Below the pieces are notes generated by a model that worked only from the letters and a program-made list of their open reading frames with translations, ran no database searches and had not been told where the DNA came from. The position numbers and the translations under genes were made by a program. This document shows, piece after piece, positions 9,414 through 18,358 of a stretch of 63,416 nt of DNA. This DNA is from Minisyncoccota bacterium. GTDB taxonomy: Bacteria > Patescibacteriota > Microgenomatia > UBA1400 > PJMF01. The stretch is taken from NCBI GenBank assembly GCA_018646985.1, contig JABGTR010000002.1:1-63416 (forward strand), in the 5' to 3' direction. How positions within the stretch are numbered: position 1 is the first letter of the stretch; the number at the start of each line of letters is the position of its first letter.

Positions 9414-9429
9414 CACTCTCATCTTCCGC

Positions 9430-9465
9430 TTGACAACTTTAGCAGTCATGTCTTATGATTGCTAA
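9430..9465 (+). promoter_or_regulatory. hrcA operon promoter overlapped by a CIRCE operator
   Basis: TTGACA 9430-9435 and TATGAT 9454-9459; TTAGCAGTC-N9-GATTGCTAA at 9439-9465, one mismatch per arm from TTAGCACTC-N9-GAGTGCTAA. An extra perfect left half-site starts at 9410. Confidence 0.85.
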
Positions 9466-9540
9466 CATGAAAAGAAACAACTCATCTTGCGTACCAGCTA
9501 TTTTTTCTTCATTATTATTTGAAAAAACAGGGTCCGTAAT

Positions 9541-10266
9541 ATGATAGATTTAACCGCACGTCAGGTCCAGATCCTCAGGGCCATTATTGAGGAGTTTATC
9601 GAAACAGCTGAGTCTGTAGGCTCAGATACGATTGATAAAAAATTCAACATTGGTGTTTCGCCGGCTACTATTCGTAACGAGATGGTTTATCTTCAAGATC
9701 AAAATTACTTAAAAAAGTCTCACGCTAGTGCTGGTAGGATCCCCACCTCAAAAGCAATGAAGTTGTATGTAAATGAGTTGATGAAAGAGAAGGAGTTGTC
9801 GGTGGCAGATGAAGTTTCAGCTAAAGAGAAAATATGGAAAAGTCGCGATGTTTTAGGTGACTTACTTTATGAAACAACTCGAGTGTTAGCAGATAAGTCT
9901 CGAGCTTTAAGTGTAGCCATTACTGATGGCGGGAAACTTTATCATTCTGGCTCTGCAAATTTACTCAGTATGCCTGAGTTCTATGATATTGATGCGATGA
10001 GACACGTTTTGCAAGCGATTGAAGAAGTCTCTGTCTTAGATGAAATCTTCGACTTTGGAGCTAACGAGAACCCTATTCAAATTACTTTTGGGTCAGAGCT
10101 AGGTAATCGCAATCTAGAATCAATTGGGGCCATTTATATGAAAATTAATGCTGGCTCACACTCTTGTAAGCTGGGGGTAATTGGTTCTTCTCGATTTGAT
10201 TACCCATATGTAATTCCAATGATGAAGTATTTTAAAGGATTAATAGAAGACTTAACTATAGGATAA
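9541..10266 (+). CDS. hrcA: Heat-inducible transcription repressor HrcA (short form)
   Basis: RQVQILRAIIEEFI, VSPATIRNEM and SAGRIPT motifs; upstream CIRCE; followed by grpE-dnaK. Confidence 0.92.
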   Translation: MIDLTARQVQILRAIIEEFIETAESVGSDTIDKKFNIGVSPATIRNEMVYLQDQNYLKKSHASAGRIPTSKAMKLYVNELMKEKELSVADEVSAKEKIWKSRDVLGDLLYETTRVLADKSRALSVAITDGGKLYHSGSANLLSMPEFYDIDAMRHVLQAIEEVSVLDEIFDFGANENPIQITFGSELGNRNLESIGAIYMKINAGSHSCKLGVIGSSRFDYPYVIPMMKYFKGLIEDLTIG

Positions 10267-10268
10267 AT

Positions 10269-10712
10269 ATGACAAAAAAAACCCCTAAAATTCAAACCAA
10301 ACATGAAGAAATTGCTGAATTACAGCATTTATTGACTGAGTCAATCGAGCGAGAAAAAAGAGTTCTGGCAGATTATCAAAACTTAGTGAAAAGAAACCAA
10401 GAAGAGCGAGTTAAGTTTTTACAGTTGGCAAATAAGAGCTTAGTTGAAACTTTACTTTCACCACTAGAGCATCTGAGCATGGCTGCTGAACAGCTCGATG
10501 ATCAAGGTTTAAATATGGTCATTCGAGACTTCTGGCAAGTTTTAGAAGAAGCTGGTTTGGAAGAGATTTATCCTAAGGGTAAAAACTTTGATTTAGAAAC
10601 GATGGAAGTAGTTGATAAAGAAGGTGAAGGAGAAGAAGTGACGAAGGTAGTTAAACGTGGTTACCAGCTTAATGGGCAAGTAATTCAGCACGCTAAAGTA
10701 GTGGTTAAGTAA
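10269..10712 (+). CDS. grpE: Nucleotide exchange factor GrpE
   Basis: LADYQNLVKR, FDLETMEVV and GYQLNGQVIQHAKVVV; lies between hrcA and dnaK. Confidence 0.92.
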   Translation: MTKKTPKIQTKHEEIAELQHLLTESIEREKRVLADYQNLVKRNQEERVKFLQLANKSLVETLLSPLEHLSMAAEQLDDQGLNMVIRDFWQVLEEAGLEEIYPKGKNFDLETMEVVDKEGEGEEVTKVVKRGYQLNGQVIQHAKVVVK

Positions 10713-10764
10713 AGATTATTAAGTAGTTTATTTAAAAAATAACAGACAAATATTAGAAAGAAAG

Positions 10765-12717
10765 GTGACAGATATGTCAGACAAAAAATCAACAAAAACA
10801 GGCAAGATTATTGGTATCGATCTTGGTACTACAAATTCTGCTGTCGCAGTTATGGAGGGTGGGACTCCTAAAATTATTCCTACTGCTGAAGGTGGGAACA
10901 CTTTTCCATCTATAGTCGCTTTTAAAAACGACGAGGTGGTAGTTGGTGACCCTGCCAAACGACAGATGGTGCTCAATAGCAGCACTACTGTAAATTCAAT
11001 TAAGCGCTTTATGGGGCGTAAATTTAATGATAAAGCAGTTCAAGATGCTACTAAGCATATCTCCTATGAGCTAGCTGAGGGAAAAGATGGCATGGCCACC
11101 GCTAAGATTAGTGGTAAAAACTATACCCCACAAGAAGTTTCTGCCAAAATCTTACAAAAAGCTAAGGCTGATGCAGAAAGCTATCTGGGTAGTAAAGTCG
11201 AGCGAGCAGTCATTACTGTGCCGGCTTATTTCAATGATGCTCAACGACAGGCTACTAAACAAGCTGGTCAAATTGCTGGGTTAGAAGTCGAAAGAATCGT
11301 TAATGAGCCCACCGCAGCTGCTTTGGCTTATGGTTTAGACAAAAAAGGCAATCAAACCATTGCTGTTTATGATCTGGGTGGCGGTACTTTTGATATCTCA
11401 GTTTTAGAGATTGGCGAAGGTGTTTTCGAAGTCAAATCTACTAATGGGGATACCTTCCTAGGTGGTGATGATTTTGATAATAAGATTATCGATTGGATTA
11501 TTGCTGAGTTTAAGAAAGAATCCGGTAAAGATTTGGCTAAAGATCCTCAAGCACTCCAACGAGTTAAGGATGCAGCTGAAAAAGCTAAAATTGAGCTCTC
11601 TTCTTCACAGAAGACAGAGATCAATCAACCCTTTATTACTCAAGGCGATGAGGGTCAACCTTTGCACTTAACTATGACTTTGACTAGAGCTCAGCTAGAA
11701 GAGCTGACCGATGATTTAGTTAAGAGATCTTTTGGGCCAGTTGAAAAAGCCATGAAAGACGCTAAAGTCAAAACCTCTGAGATTGATGAAGTCATCTTGG
11801 TGGGTGGTATGACTAGAATGCCTAAGATCCAAAAAGAAGTTGAAAAATTCTTTGGCAAAGAACCTCATAAAGGGGTTAACCCAGATGAAGTAGTCGCCAT
11901 TGGCGCTGCTATTCAAGCTGGGGTTATTGGTGGAGATGTCTCAGATGTGGTGTTGCTAGATGTAACTCCACTTACTTTAGGTTTAGAGACTCTGGGTGGA
12001 GTGCGGACACCTCTCATTGAGAGAAATACCACTATTCCAACTAGTAAATCTCAAATTTTCTCAACTGCGGCCGACAATCAAACTCAAGTGGAGATCAATG
12101 TTCTCCAGGGTGAGCGTGAGATGGCAGTCGACAACAAGACTCTAGGGCGATTTGTCCTAGATGGTATTCCACCAGCTATGCGCGGTACTCCTCAGGTTGA
12201 GGTTACTTTTGACATTGATTCAAATGGAATTCTGAATGTTTCTGCAAAAGAAAAAAACACTGGTAAGGAACAGAAGATCACTATTCAAAACAGCACTAAT
12301 CTTTCTGATGATGAAGTCGAAAAGATGAAAGCTGACGCGGAAAAGTACGCTGATGAAGATAAGGCTAAAAAGGAACTCATTGAAGCTAAAAACAAGGCTA
12401 ATGGGGTCGCTTTTGAGCTAGAGAAACAGCTGAAAGAATACGGTGATAAGGTGGATGAAGAGGTCAAAACTGAGATTGAAGAGAACGTCAAAAAGCTCAA
12501 GGAAATGTCTGAAAAAGATGACGTGACCAAAGAAGAGCTCGACAAAGCCACTGAAGAAACCTTTAAAGTAGCTCAAAAAATGGGTGAAGCCATGCAGAAA
12601 GCTCAAGCAGCTGAAGCAGCCAAGGGCGCCGAAGAAGGTGAAAAAGGCGAAGATAAAAAAGAAGAAAAAGGTGAGGAAAAAGAAGGCGCTGAAGAAGGCC
12701 AAGTGGTTGAAGAGTAA
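10765..12717 (+). CDS. dnaK: Chaperone DnaK (Hsp70)
   Basis: [32 protein letters not shown] and DVTPLTLG motifs. Confidence 0.98.
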   Translation: MTDMSDKKSTKTGKIIGIDLGTTNSAVAVMEGGTPKIIPTAEGGNTFPSIVAFKNDEVVVGDPAKRQMVLNSSTTVNSIKRFMGRKFNDKAVQDATKHISYELAEGKDGMATAKISGKNYTPQEVSAKILQKAKADAESYLGSKVERAVITVPAYFNDAQRQATKQAGQIAGLEVERIVNEPTAAALAYGLDKKGNQTIAVYDLGGGTFDISVLEIGEGVFEVKSTNGDTFLGGDDFDNKIIDWIIAEFKKESGKDLAKDPQALQRVKDAAEKAKIELSSSQKTEINQPFITQGDEGQPLHLTMTLTRAQLEELTDDLVKRSFGPVEKAMKDAKVKTSEIDEVILVGGMTRMPKIQKEVEKFFGKEPHKGVNPDEVVAIGAAIQAGVIGGDVSDVVLLDVTPLTLGLETLGGVRTPLIERNTTIPTSKSQIFSTAADNQTQVEINVLQGEREMAVDNKTLGRFVLDGIPPAMRGTPQVEVTFDIDSNGILNVSAKEKNTGKEQKITIQNSTNLSDDEVEKMKADAEKYADEDKAKKELIEAKNKANGVAFELEKQLKEYGDKVDEEVKTEIEENVKKLKEMSEKDDVTKEELDKATEETFKVAQKMGEAMQKAQAAEAAKGAEEGEKGEDKKEEKGEEKEGAEEGQVVEE

Positions 12718-12735
12718 GGATTAGAATTGAAAAAG

Positions 12736-12767
12736 AAAAGCGGGGATCGCGAGGTCTCCGCTTTTTT
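12736..12767 (+). terminator. Intrinsic terminator after dnaK
   Basis: AAAAGCGGGGATC-GCGA-GGTCTCCGCTTTT stem with a GNRA loop and T-tract. Confidence 0.8.
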
Positions 12768-12781
12768 GGTGGCTAAAACAT

Positions 12782-12813
12782 TTGACAAGTATATAGACTA
12801 ATGTTACATTAGT
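12782..12813 (+). promoter_or_regulatory. TA operon promoter with a palindromic operator
   Basis: TTGACA 12782-12787, 17 nt, TACATT 12805-12810; ACTAATGT-T-ACATTAGT (12797-12813) covers the -10. Confidence 0.7.
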
Positions 12814-12816
12814 ATT

Positions 12817-13086
12817 ATGTTAATACCTACAGTAAATAATATTAATACAGTCACAGATCTGAGGGTGAATACCATTGCTCTCTTGGATGAAGTTGATAAA
12901 AGTGGCTCTAAATATATTTTTCAGCGCTCTCAACCTCGAGCAGTCATACTTAGCATTGCTGAATATGAAAAGTTAGCTCAAAGATTTGAGGATTTAACAG
13001 ATGAGCTTAGAGCCAATCAGCTTATCAAGCTCCCTAAAGGTAAAGGTAAAACTTTAAGCGAAGTGCAAAGAGAGTACGGTGTCTAA
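12817..13086 (+). CDS. Type II antitoxin, Phd/YefM family
   Basis: VTDLRVNT..LLDEV...YIFQRSQPRAVILSIAEYE pattern; overlaps the downstream toxin gene. Confidence 0.8.
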   Translation: MLIPTVNNINTVTDLRVNTIALLDEVDKSGSKYIFQRSQPRAVILSIAEYEKLAQRFEDLTDELRANQLIKLPKGKGKTLSEVQREYGV

Positions 13087-13336
13087 ATATACCGTTAAGT
13101 TTACGGATCATGGTTATAAATCTCTTAGTAAAATTGCTGTTTCAGATTCAAGAAGAGTGTTAAAGAAGCTTAAAATTCTAGAAAGTTTTTCCCAATCTAC
13201 TAAAAATATCAAAAAGATGAAGGGTACCTCTAGTCAATTATATCGCCTTAGAACTGGTGATATTCGTGTCCTTTTTGAAAAAGACAAGGGAAATATTTGG
13301 ATTTTAGAAGTTGGCTATCGAGGATCAATTTACTAA
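13079..13336 (+). CDS. Type II toxin, RelE/ParE family
   Basis: 85 aa, basic; YTVKFT, KKMKG..LYRLRTGDIRVLF and GYRGSIY. Confidence 0.85.
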   Translation: MSKYTVKFTDHGYKSLSKIAVSDSRRVLKKLKILESFSQSTKNIKKMKGTSSQLYRLRTGDIRVLFEKDKGNIWILEVGYRGSIY

Positions 13337-13357
13337 AGTAATTAAGTCAGCTTAAAT

Positions 13358-13924
13358 ATGAAATCAGCTCTTATTCTCCACGGTACAAGTGACAATCCAA
13401 ACAAGAATTGGTTGCCATGGCTTAAAACTGAACTAGAGCAAAGAGATTATAAAACTTGGGTGCCACAGTTACCTGGAGCTGATAAACCTAATATTGAGCG
13501 TTATAATGATTTTATTTTTAGTTCAGATTGGAAGCTTGATGAGCAGTCAGTATTAATTGGTCATTCCTCAGGAGCAGTAGCTATTTTGGGCCTGTTGCAG
13601 GCACTTCCCACAGAAACAAAAGTTGATACCTGTATTTTGGTAGGTGTTTTTAAGGATACTTTAGGTTGGGATAGTCTTGATGGCTTGTTTGAGACTCCAT
13701 TTGATTGGGATTACATTAAAACTAAAGCTAAGCGTTTAATTTTCATCCATTCAGATGATGATTCTTATTGTCCTTTAGAACACGCGCAATATATCTCTGG
13801 CAAATTAGACGGTGAGTTAATTATTAGGTCAGGGCAGAAGCATTTTAGTATTGGTACTGCTGGAGAAAAATATCGTCAGTTTCTATTTCTATTAGAATTA
13901 TTATCAGACCAAACTCAAACATAA
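13358..13924 (+). CDS. Alpha/beta serine hydrolase, RBBP9/YdeN family
   Basis: ILHG, NWLPWLK, IGHSSGA nucleophile elbow, HSDDDSYCP and GQKHF. Confidence 0.85.
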   Translation: MKSALILHGTSDNPNKNWLPWLKTELEQRDYKTWVPQLPGADKPNIERYNDFIFSSDWKLDEQSVLIGHSSGAVAILGLLQALPTETKVDTCILVGVFKDTLGWDSLDGLFETPFDWDYIKTKAKRLIFIHSDDDSYCPLEHAQYISGKLDGELIIRSGQKHFSIGTAGEKYRQFLFLLELLSDQTQT

Positions 13925-13925
13925 T

Positions 13926-14264
13926 ATGCAACAAAAAGTATTTTTTTATAATTCAAATGGTGGGAAACTAGTTGGGATTTTAGAAAATCCTACTGACAAT
14001 ATCAACGTTCCCATGATGTTATTAGTTCATGGATTCGCTTCCGATAAAAGTAGTCAAAAGTTTGCTCAAGTTTTATCAAATGGGAAGCTACACACAATTA
14101 AGGGTGGTTTGCATCACCTGAGAAGAAACCCCCAGCATTCTTTAGAAGTAAATAAGGTTATTAGTGAGTTTATTTCTGCTAGAATGACTCCAGCATGTAT
14201 CTTTCTGTTATTGTTCCAGTTTACAATGAAGCTCCAACTGTTAAAAAAGTTTTGGCTAGTTTAG
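13926..14264 (+). pseudogene. Alpha/beta hydrolase remnant with an internal in-frame deletion
   Basis: A hydrolase N-terminus (KLVGILENP..LLVHGFASDKS) joins directly to a hydrolase C-terminus (KLHTIKGGLHH..VNKVISEFI); no GxSxG; the frame runs on into the next gene. Confidence 0.55.
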
Positions 14265-14887
14265 TCAAAGTTAAAGAAGTTAAAGAAGTAATTGTGGTTA
14301 ACGATGGCTCGACAGACAGCTCAGAAAAAGAAATCAAAAAAGTTGTTAGTAAAAAAATCCAGTATTTCAAAAAGAAAAACGCTGGCAAGGGCAGTGCAAT
14401 TAAATTAGGCTTGTCAAAAGTGACAGGTGAATACACCCTCATTCAAGATGCAGACCTCGAATATGATCCTCGAGAAATTCCTCTATTGATAGAGCCCTTA
14501 GACAGAGAAGGTGTAGAAATAGTTTATGGTTCCAGGTTTATTGGTGCTCACTCCAACCTTTTGTTTTGGCACCGGGTGGGAAATGCTTTGTTAAATCTAA
14601 TTGTAAACATTTTTTATAACACCACTCTGTCTGATATGGAGACTTGCTATAAGCTTTTACCCACAACGGTATTTAAGAAATTAAATATCTCCGCCAATGG
14701 TTTTGATTTAGAGCCAGAGATAACTTGTAAGCTACTGCGAAAAGGATATAAGATTTTTGAAGTTCCAATTACTTATGTGGGACGTGACTTTTCACAGGGT
14801 AAGAAAATTACTTGGCGAGATGGATTCGATGCGCTGCGAGTAATTATTGGAATCAGATTTCTACCGCCGTCATTGTTTAAAAACTAA
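14195..14887 (+). CDS. Glycosyltransferase family 2 (polyprenol-phosphate sugar synthase / DPM1-like)
   Basis: LSVIVPVYNE, VVNDGSTD, GKGSA, IQDADLEYDP, VYGSRF and DMETCYK motifs. Confidence 0.9.
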   Translation: MYLSVIVPVYNEAPTVKKVLASLVKVKEVKEVIVVNDGSTDSSEKEIKKVVSKKIQYFKKKNAGKGSAIKLGLSKVTGEYTLIQDADLEYDPREIPLLIEPLDREGVEIVYGSRFIGAHSNLLFWHRVGNALLNLIVNIFYNTTLSDMETCYKLLPTTVFKKLNISANGFDLEPEITCKLLRKGYKIFEVPITYVGRDFSQGKKITWRDGFDALRVIIGIRFLPPSLFKN

Positions 14888-14889
14888 TT

Positions 14890-15711
14890 ATGATTAAAAA
14901 AAATAGTTCAATTGCGTTGTTTAACGAAAAACAGATTCGTCGTCATTGGGATGATGAAAAAGAACTTTGGTATTTTTCAATTATTGATGTTCTTGGAATT
15001 TTGACAAAAAGTAAAAACCCACAGGTTTACTGGAGAGTTTTAAAGAAAAGACTTCTTGATGAGGGTTCAAATGAAACCGTTACAAAATGTAACGGTTTGA
15101 AAATGAAATCTAAGGACGGGAGAATGAGATTAACCGATGTTGCTGATACAGAGACACTTTTGAGATTAATCCAGTCAGTTCCATCTCCAAAAGTAGAGCC
15201 ATTAAAGCTTTGGCTTGCCAAAGTTGGTTATGAGAGGATTGAAGAGATAGAAGATCCAGAGCTGGCTTTTGATCGGGCAATGAAAACTTACTTGCAGAAG
15301 GGTTATTCCGAAAATTGGATTAATCAGAGACTGAAGACAATTGAAGTTCGCAAAGAACTTACTGATGAATGGAAGCAAAGAGGTGTCAAAGAAGGTTTGG
15401 AATTTGCAATTTTGACAAATGAAATTACCAAAACTTGGTCAGGGAAATCAGTAAAGTCATACAAAAAACTTAAAGGTCTCAAGAAAGAAAACCTAAGAGA
15501 TAATATGAATAACCTTGAGTTAGTTTTGAATATGCTAGCTGAAGTCTCAACAACAGAAATCTCTAAAGAAAAACAGCCACAGACTTTTTTTGAAAGTAAA
15601 GATATTGCTATAAAAGGTGGTGATACAGCCAAGAAAGCTAGAGAAGATATTGAGAAAAAAACAGGTAAAAGCGCTATCTCTTCTAAAAACATGAAGCAGC
15701 TTAAGTCATGA
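14890..15711 (+). CDS. Bro-N domain (phage antirepressor-like) DNA-binding protein
   Basis: IRRHWD..WYFSIIDV, YWRVLKKRL, ETVTKCNGLKM..DGRMRLTDVA and RLIQSVPSPKVEPLKLWLAKVGYER. Confidence 0.75.
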   Translation: MIKKNSSIALFNEKQIRRHWDDEKELWYFSIIDVLGILTKSKNPQVYWRVLKKRLLDEGSNETVTKCNGLKMKSKDGRMRLTDVADTETLLRLIQSVPSPKVEPLKLWLAKVGYERIEEIEDPELAFDRAMKTYLQKGYSENWINQRLKTIEVRKELTDEWKQRGVKEGLEFAILTNEITKTWSGKSVKSYKKLKGLKKENLRDNMNNLELVLNMLAEVSTTEISKEKQPQTFFESKDIAIKGGDTAKKAREDIEKKTGKSAISSKNMKQLKS

Positions 15712-17990
15712 TTAGTTTTAGAAAATTACTTAAAACCAAACAGTTTCAGTTTTGGGTGTTTTTTATTTTATTTATTTCCATTAGATTTCTTCCTTTTTTT
15801 CTGGGTAAGACTTTAGTTTTTGGAGATAATTACTCCCTGATGATTCCAGGTAAAATTTTTACAGCTCAATGGTTAAAGCAAGGAGTTTTTCCACTATGGA
15901 ATCCCCATATTTTCTCAGGGATGCCATGGATAGCTGATATCAATCAATCAGTCCTTTATCCCAGCACATTGCTATTCGTGATTTTTTCACCAGTAGTGGC
16001 TTTTAATCTTTTATTAATCTCACACGCTTTCATTGCTTACTCAGGGATGTATTTGCTGGCTCAAAAATGGGCCAAAGATCATTGGTGGGCATTGTTGGCT
16101 GGAGCGCTATGGATGTTTTCAACTCAAATCAGCGGCAGTATGAATAATTTTTCTACCCTCCAGTCTTTAGTGTGGTTGCCGTGGCTAGCTTATTTCGGCT
16201 TGCAGTTGGTAAAAAATAATTCAGCCAAAGTTTGGTTCTCAATTGTAGTTGTCTTGCAGTTTCTAGGTGGTTATCCGCAGCATGTTTTGTATGGGATTGG
16301 CTTAGCAGTCCTGCTATCGCTTTTTAAGCGGTCAATCTCTTTCACTAAATGGCTGAAGTCTTGGCTGCTAACTGCGATATTAACATTAGCTATATCTGCA
16401 GTCGCTTGGGTGCCATTTGTAGATATGTTGCTGCACTCCACCCGGATGGAGCAGACTCTAGCACAATCTCAAGGAGGCTCTTTAAAGCCTGTAATGTTGA
16501 TTAAGTTTGTGCTGCCATATTTCTTTGATAATCCCGCAGCGGGGATGAAGTGGGGCCCGGCTTGGAGTGGGCATCCCAATGTAGGTATCTATGCAACCTG
16601 GTTAGGTTGGTTAGCGGTTGGGGCTAGTCTATTGACAAAAAAGCTCAAAAAATTAAGTAAAGAGGTGGTGCTTTTTGCAGTCATTACGGTGGTGACACTT
16701 CTCTTTTCTCTTGGACAATATTTACCAGGCTTTAATCTTATTCAGCTACTATTCCCCTTATTTAAAATTGCCCGTATGCCAAGTATGTTAATGATTGTGA
16801 CAAATGTAGTGGTGATTTTATGGTCTATTGTGGCACTAAAAAAATGGCGAATTTCTCAGCTTAGTTACAAGTTATTGCTATGGTTAGGAATAACTATTTT
16901 AGGAGCTGGTTTAATGGGTTTAGGAGTGTGGAGATACGGTTTTGATGAAGTCTGGCAGATGGCAGATTCTTTTTTTTCACTTTCTAGTAGTCCCTTCCAT
17001 ACTTTAGGCAGAGATAAAGTTATTTTATTCCAGATATTACGAAATATTGTTTTAAATAGTTTCTTTTTTATTACATCACTTTACTTTTTTTACCGAAAAA
17101 AAATATCACTAGTGGTGGCAATTTTAGCTTTAGAAATTTTAATAAATACACAGGGACTGTTCTACTTTGCTCCTGGAGAAATATATGACACCTCTACACA
17201 AAATTCTCAGCAGATAACATCTCAGGTTGGCTCAGATAGAGTGCTGACTAGAAACTCCAATGTGCCTTATACCAACTACGATTCTTACTGGGAAGCGATG
17301 GTGGTGCGAAATCCTTTTTCAGATTCATTTGTTGATGAGCGAGAGTTATTGGAGTTTGATCACGTGAAAAATCTGCGTGATGGGATGACACCTAATTGGA
17401 ACATGGTATTTGGACTGTCCACAGTTCATGGCTATACTACTTTATTGCCTCAAGATTATGCTCATTTGTGGCAGACTTCAGAAAATCCACGGATTAACTT
17501 TATTGATCGTGTTGAGCCAGATAATGAGCTACTTAAGCAATGGGCGGTTAAGTATTACTTAGTGGACACCTGGTTTAATGTTGAAGAAGATTTATCAAAA
17601 TATGAATTGGCCGCAGACTTTGATAGATGGCAACTTTACGAGCTAGATACATTGGCTAGATTTAGATTTGAAGATGATGTGCCAGTAGAGATAGAAAATT
17701 TTAATGAAAATCCCAATACTATCGAGTTAGTTTTTGACAATGAAAGTAATCGACAATATTTGGTCATGGCAGATCGCTATGATGAAGATTGGCAGGTTGA
17801 GGTCAATGGCGAGCTAGTATTAGTAGAAAACTATCAAGGGATGAGAAGAATTGAGATCCAGTCAGGTGTAAATGAAATCACTTTTAATTATGTCCCACGG
17901 TGGTTTTACTTAGGCTTAATTATTTCAAGCTTGACCATGATTGGCACTAGTTTGATATATTCTATTAAAACCAATATAATCAATTTTTAG
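15708..17990 (+). CDS. YfhO-like multi-pass membrane glycosyltransferase (GT-C fold)
   Basis: PLWNPHIFSGMPWIAD loop, many TM helices, and a C-terminal LVMADRYDEDWQVEVNG..F.YVP..F..G motif typical of YfhO. Confidence 0.75.
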   Translation: MISFRKLLKTKQFQFWVFFILFISIRFLPFFLGKTLVFGDNYSLMIPGKIFTAQWLKQGVFPLWNPHIFSGMPWIADINQSVLYPSTLLFVIFSPVVAFNLLLISHAFIAYSGMYLLAQKWAKDHWWALLAGALWMFSTQISGSMNNFSTLQSLVWLPWLAYFGLQLVKNNSAKVWFSIVVVLQFLGGYPQHVLYGIGLAVLLSLFKRSISFTKWLKSWLLTAILTLAISAVAWVPFVDMLLHSTRMEQTLAQSQGGSLKPVMLIKFVLPYFFDNPAAGMKWGPAWSGHPNVGIYATWLGWLAVGASLLTKKLKKLSKEVVLFAVITVVTLLFSLGQYLPGFNLIQLLFPLFKIARMPSMLMIVTNVVVILWSIVALKKWRISQLSYKLLLWLGITILGAGLMGLGVWRYGFDEVWQMADSFFSLSSSPFHTLGRDKVILFQILRNIVLNSFFFITSLYFFYRKKISLVVAILALEILINTQGLFYFAPGEIYDTSTQNSQQITSQVGSDRVLTRNSNVPYTNYDSYWEAMVVRNPFSDSFVDERELLEFDHVKNLRDGMTPNWNMVFGLSTVHGYTTLLPQDYAHLWQTSENPRINFIDRVEPDNELLKQWAVKYYLVDTWFNVEEDLSKYELAADFDRWQLYELDTLARFRFEDDVPVEIENFNENPNTIELVFDNESNRQYLVMADRYDEDWQVEVNGELVLVENYQGMRRIEIQSGVNEITFNYVPRWFYLGLIISSLTMIGTSLIYSIKTNIINF

Positions 17991-18013
17991 TTAATATATT
18001 TAGAAAGGTAATC

Positions 18014-18301
18014 ATGGGATTCAATGATGGAGAATCTGGAATTGGAGTTGTCAGTAGAGCTGATGTTGGAATAGCTATGGCAGCAATTAGATAGGTAGAA
18101 GGAGTTGATTTAGATGAACTAGCACGAGCTTCAGCTATGTGCTTGTATGAGATTTATGTTGCAGCTTTACCAGAATTTGATGAGAAGCAATTAGCAGGAG
18201 CTATTCAAGATCTCACTGAAGTCTCTAGCGCTTATGTGCTAACGTCAAGGCAACCCATTATTGATTTAGAATTCGAGGATGAGCAGGCGCTTATAGATTA
18301 G
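18014..18301 (+). pseudogene. Small acidic hypothetical ORF interrupted by one in-frame TAG
   Basis: AAGG upstream of ATG 18014; 26 codons, TAG at 18092-18094, then 68 more sense codons in the same frame to TAG 18299-18301. Confidence 0.45.
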
Positions 18302-18350
18302 CACTCGCTTCATTTGTCTGCTTAACAAGAGCTAGGTTTACTGTTAAAAT
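18298..18350 (+). promoter_or_regulatory. CIRCE-like operator and extended -10 upstream of dnaJ
   Basis: TTAGCACTC (perfect)-N9-GTCTGCTTA (6/9) at 18298-18324; TGtTAAAAT at 18342-18350. Confidence 0.55.
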
Positions 18351-18358
18351 CCTTTCAC

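Noticed and set aside
12798-12825. dif-like site (TTATGTTAA resembles the XerD arm)
   Set aside because: The left arm does not match a XerC site; the symmetry is better explained as the TA operator and start codon.
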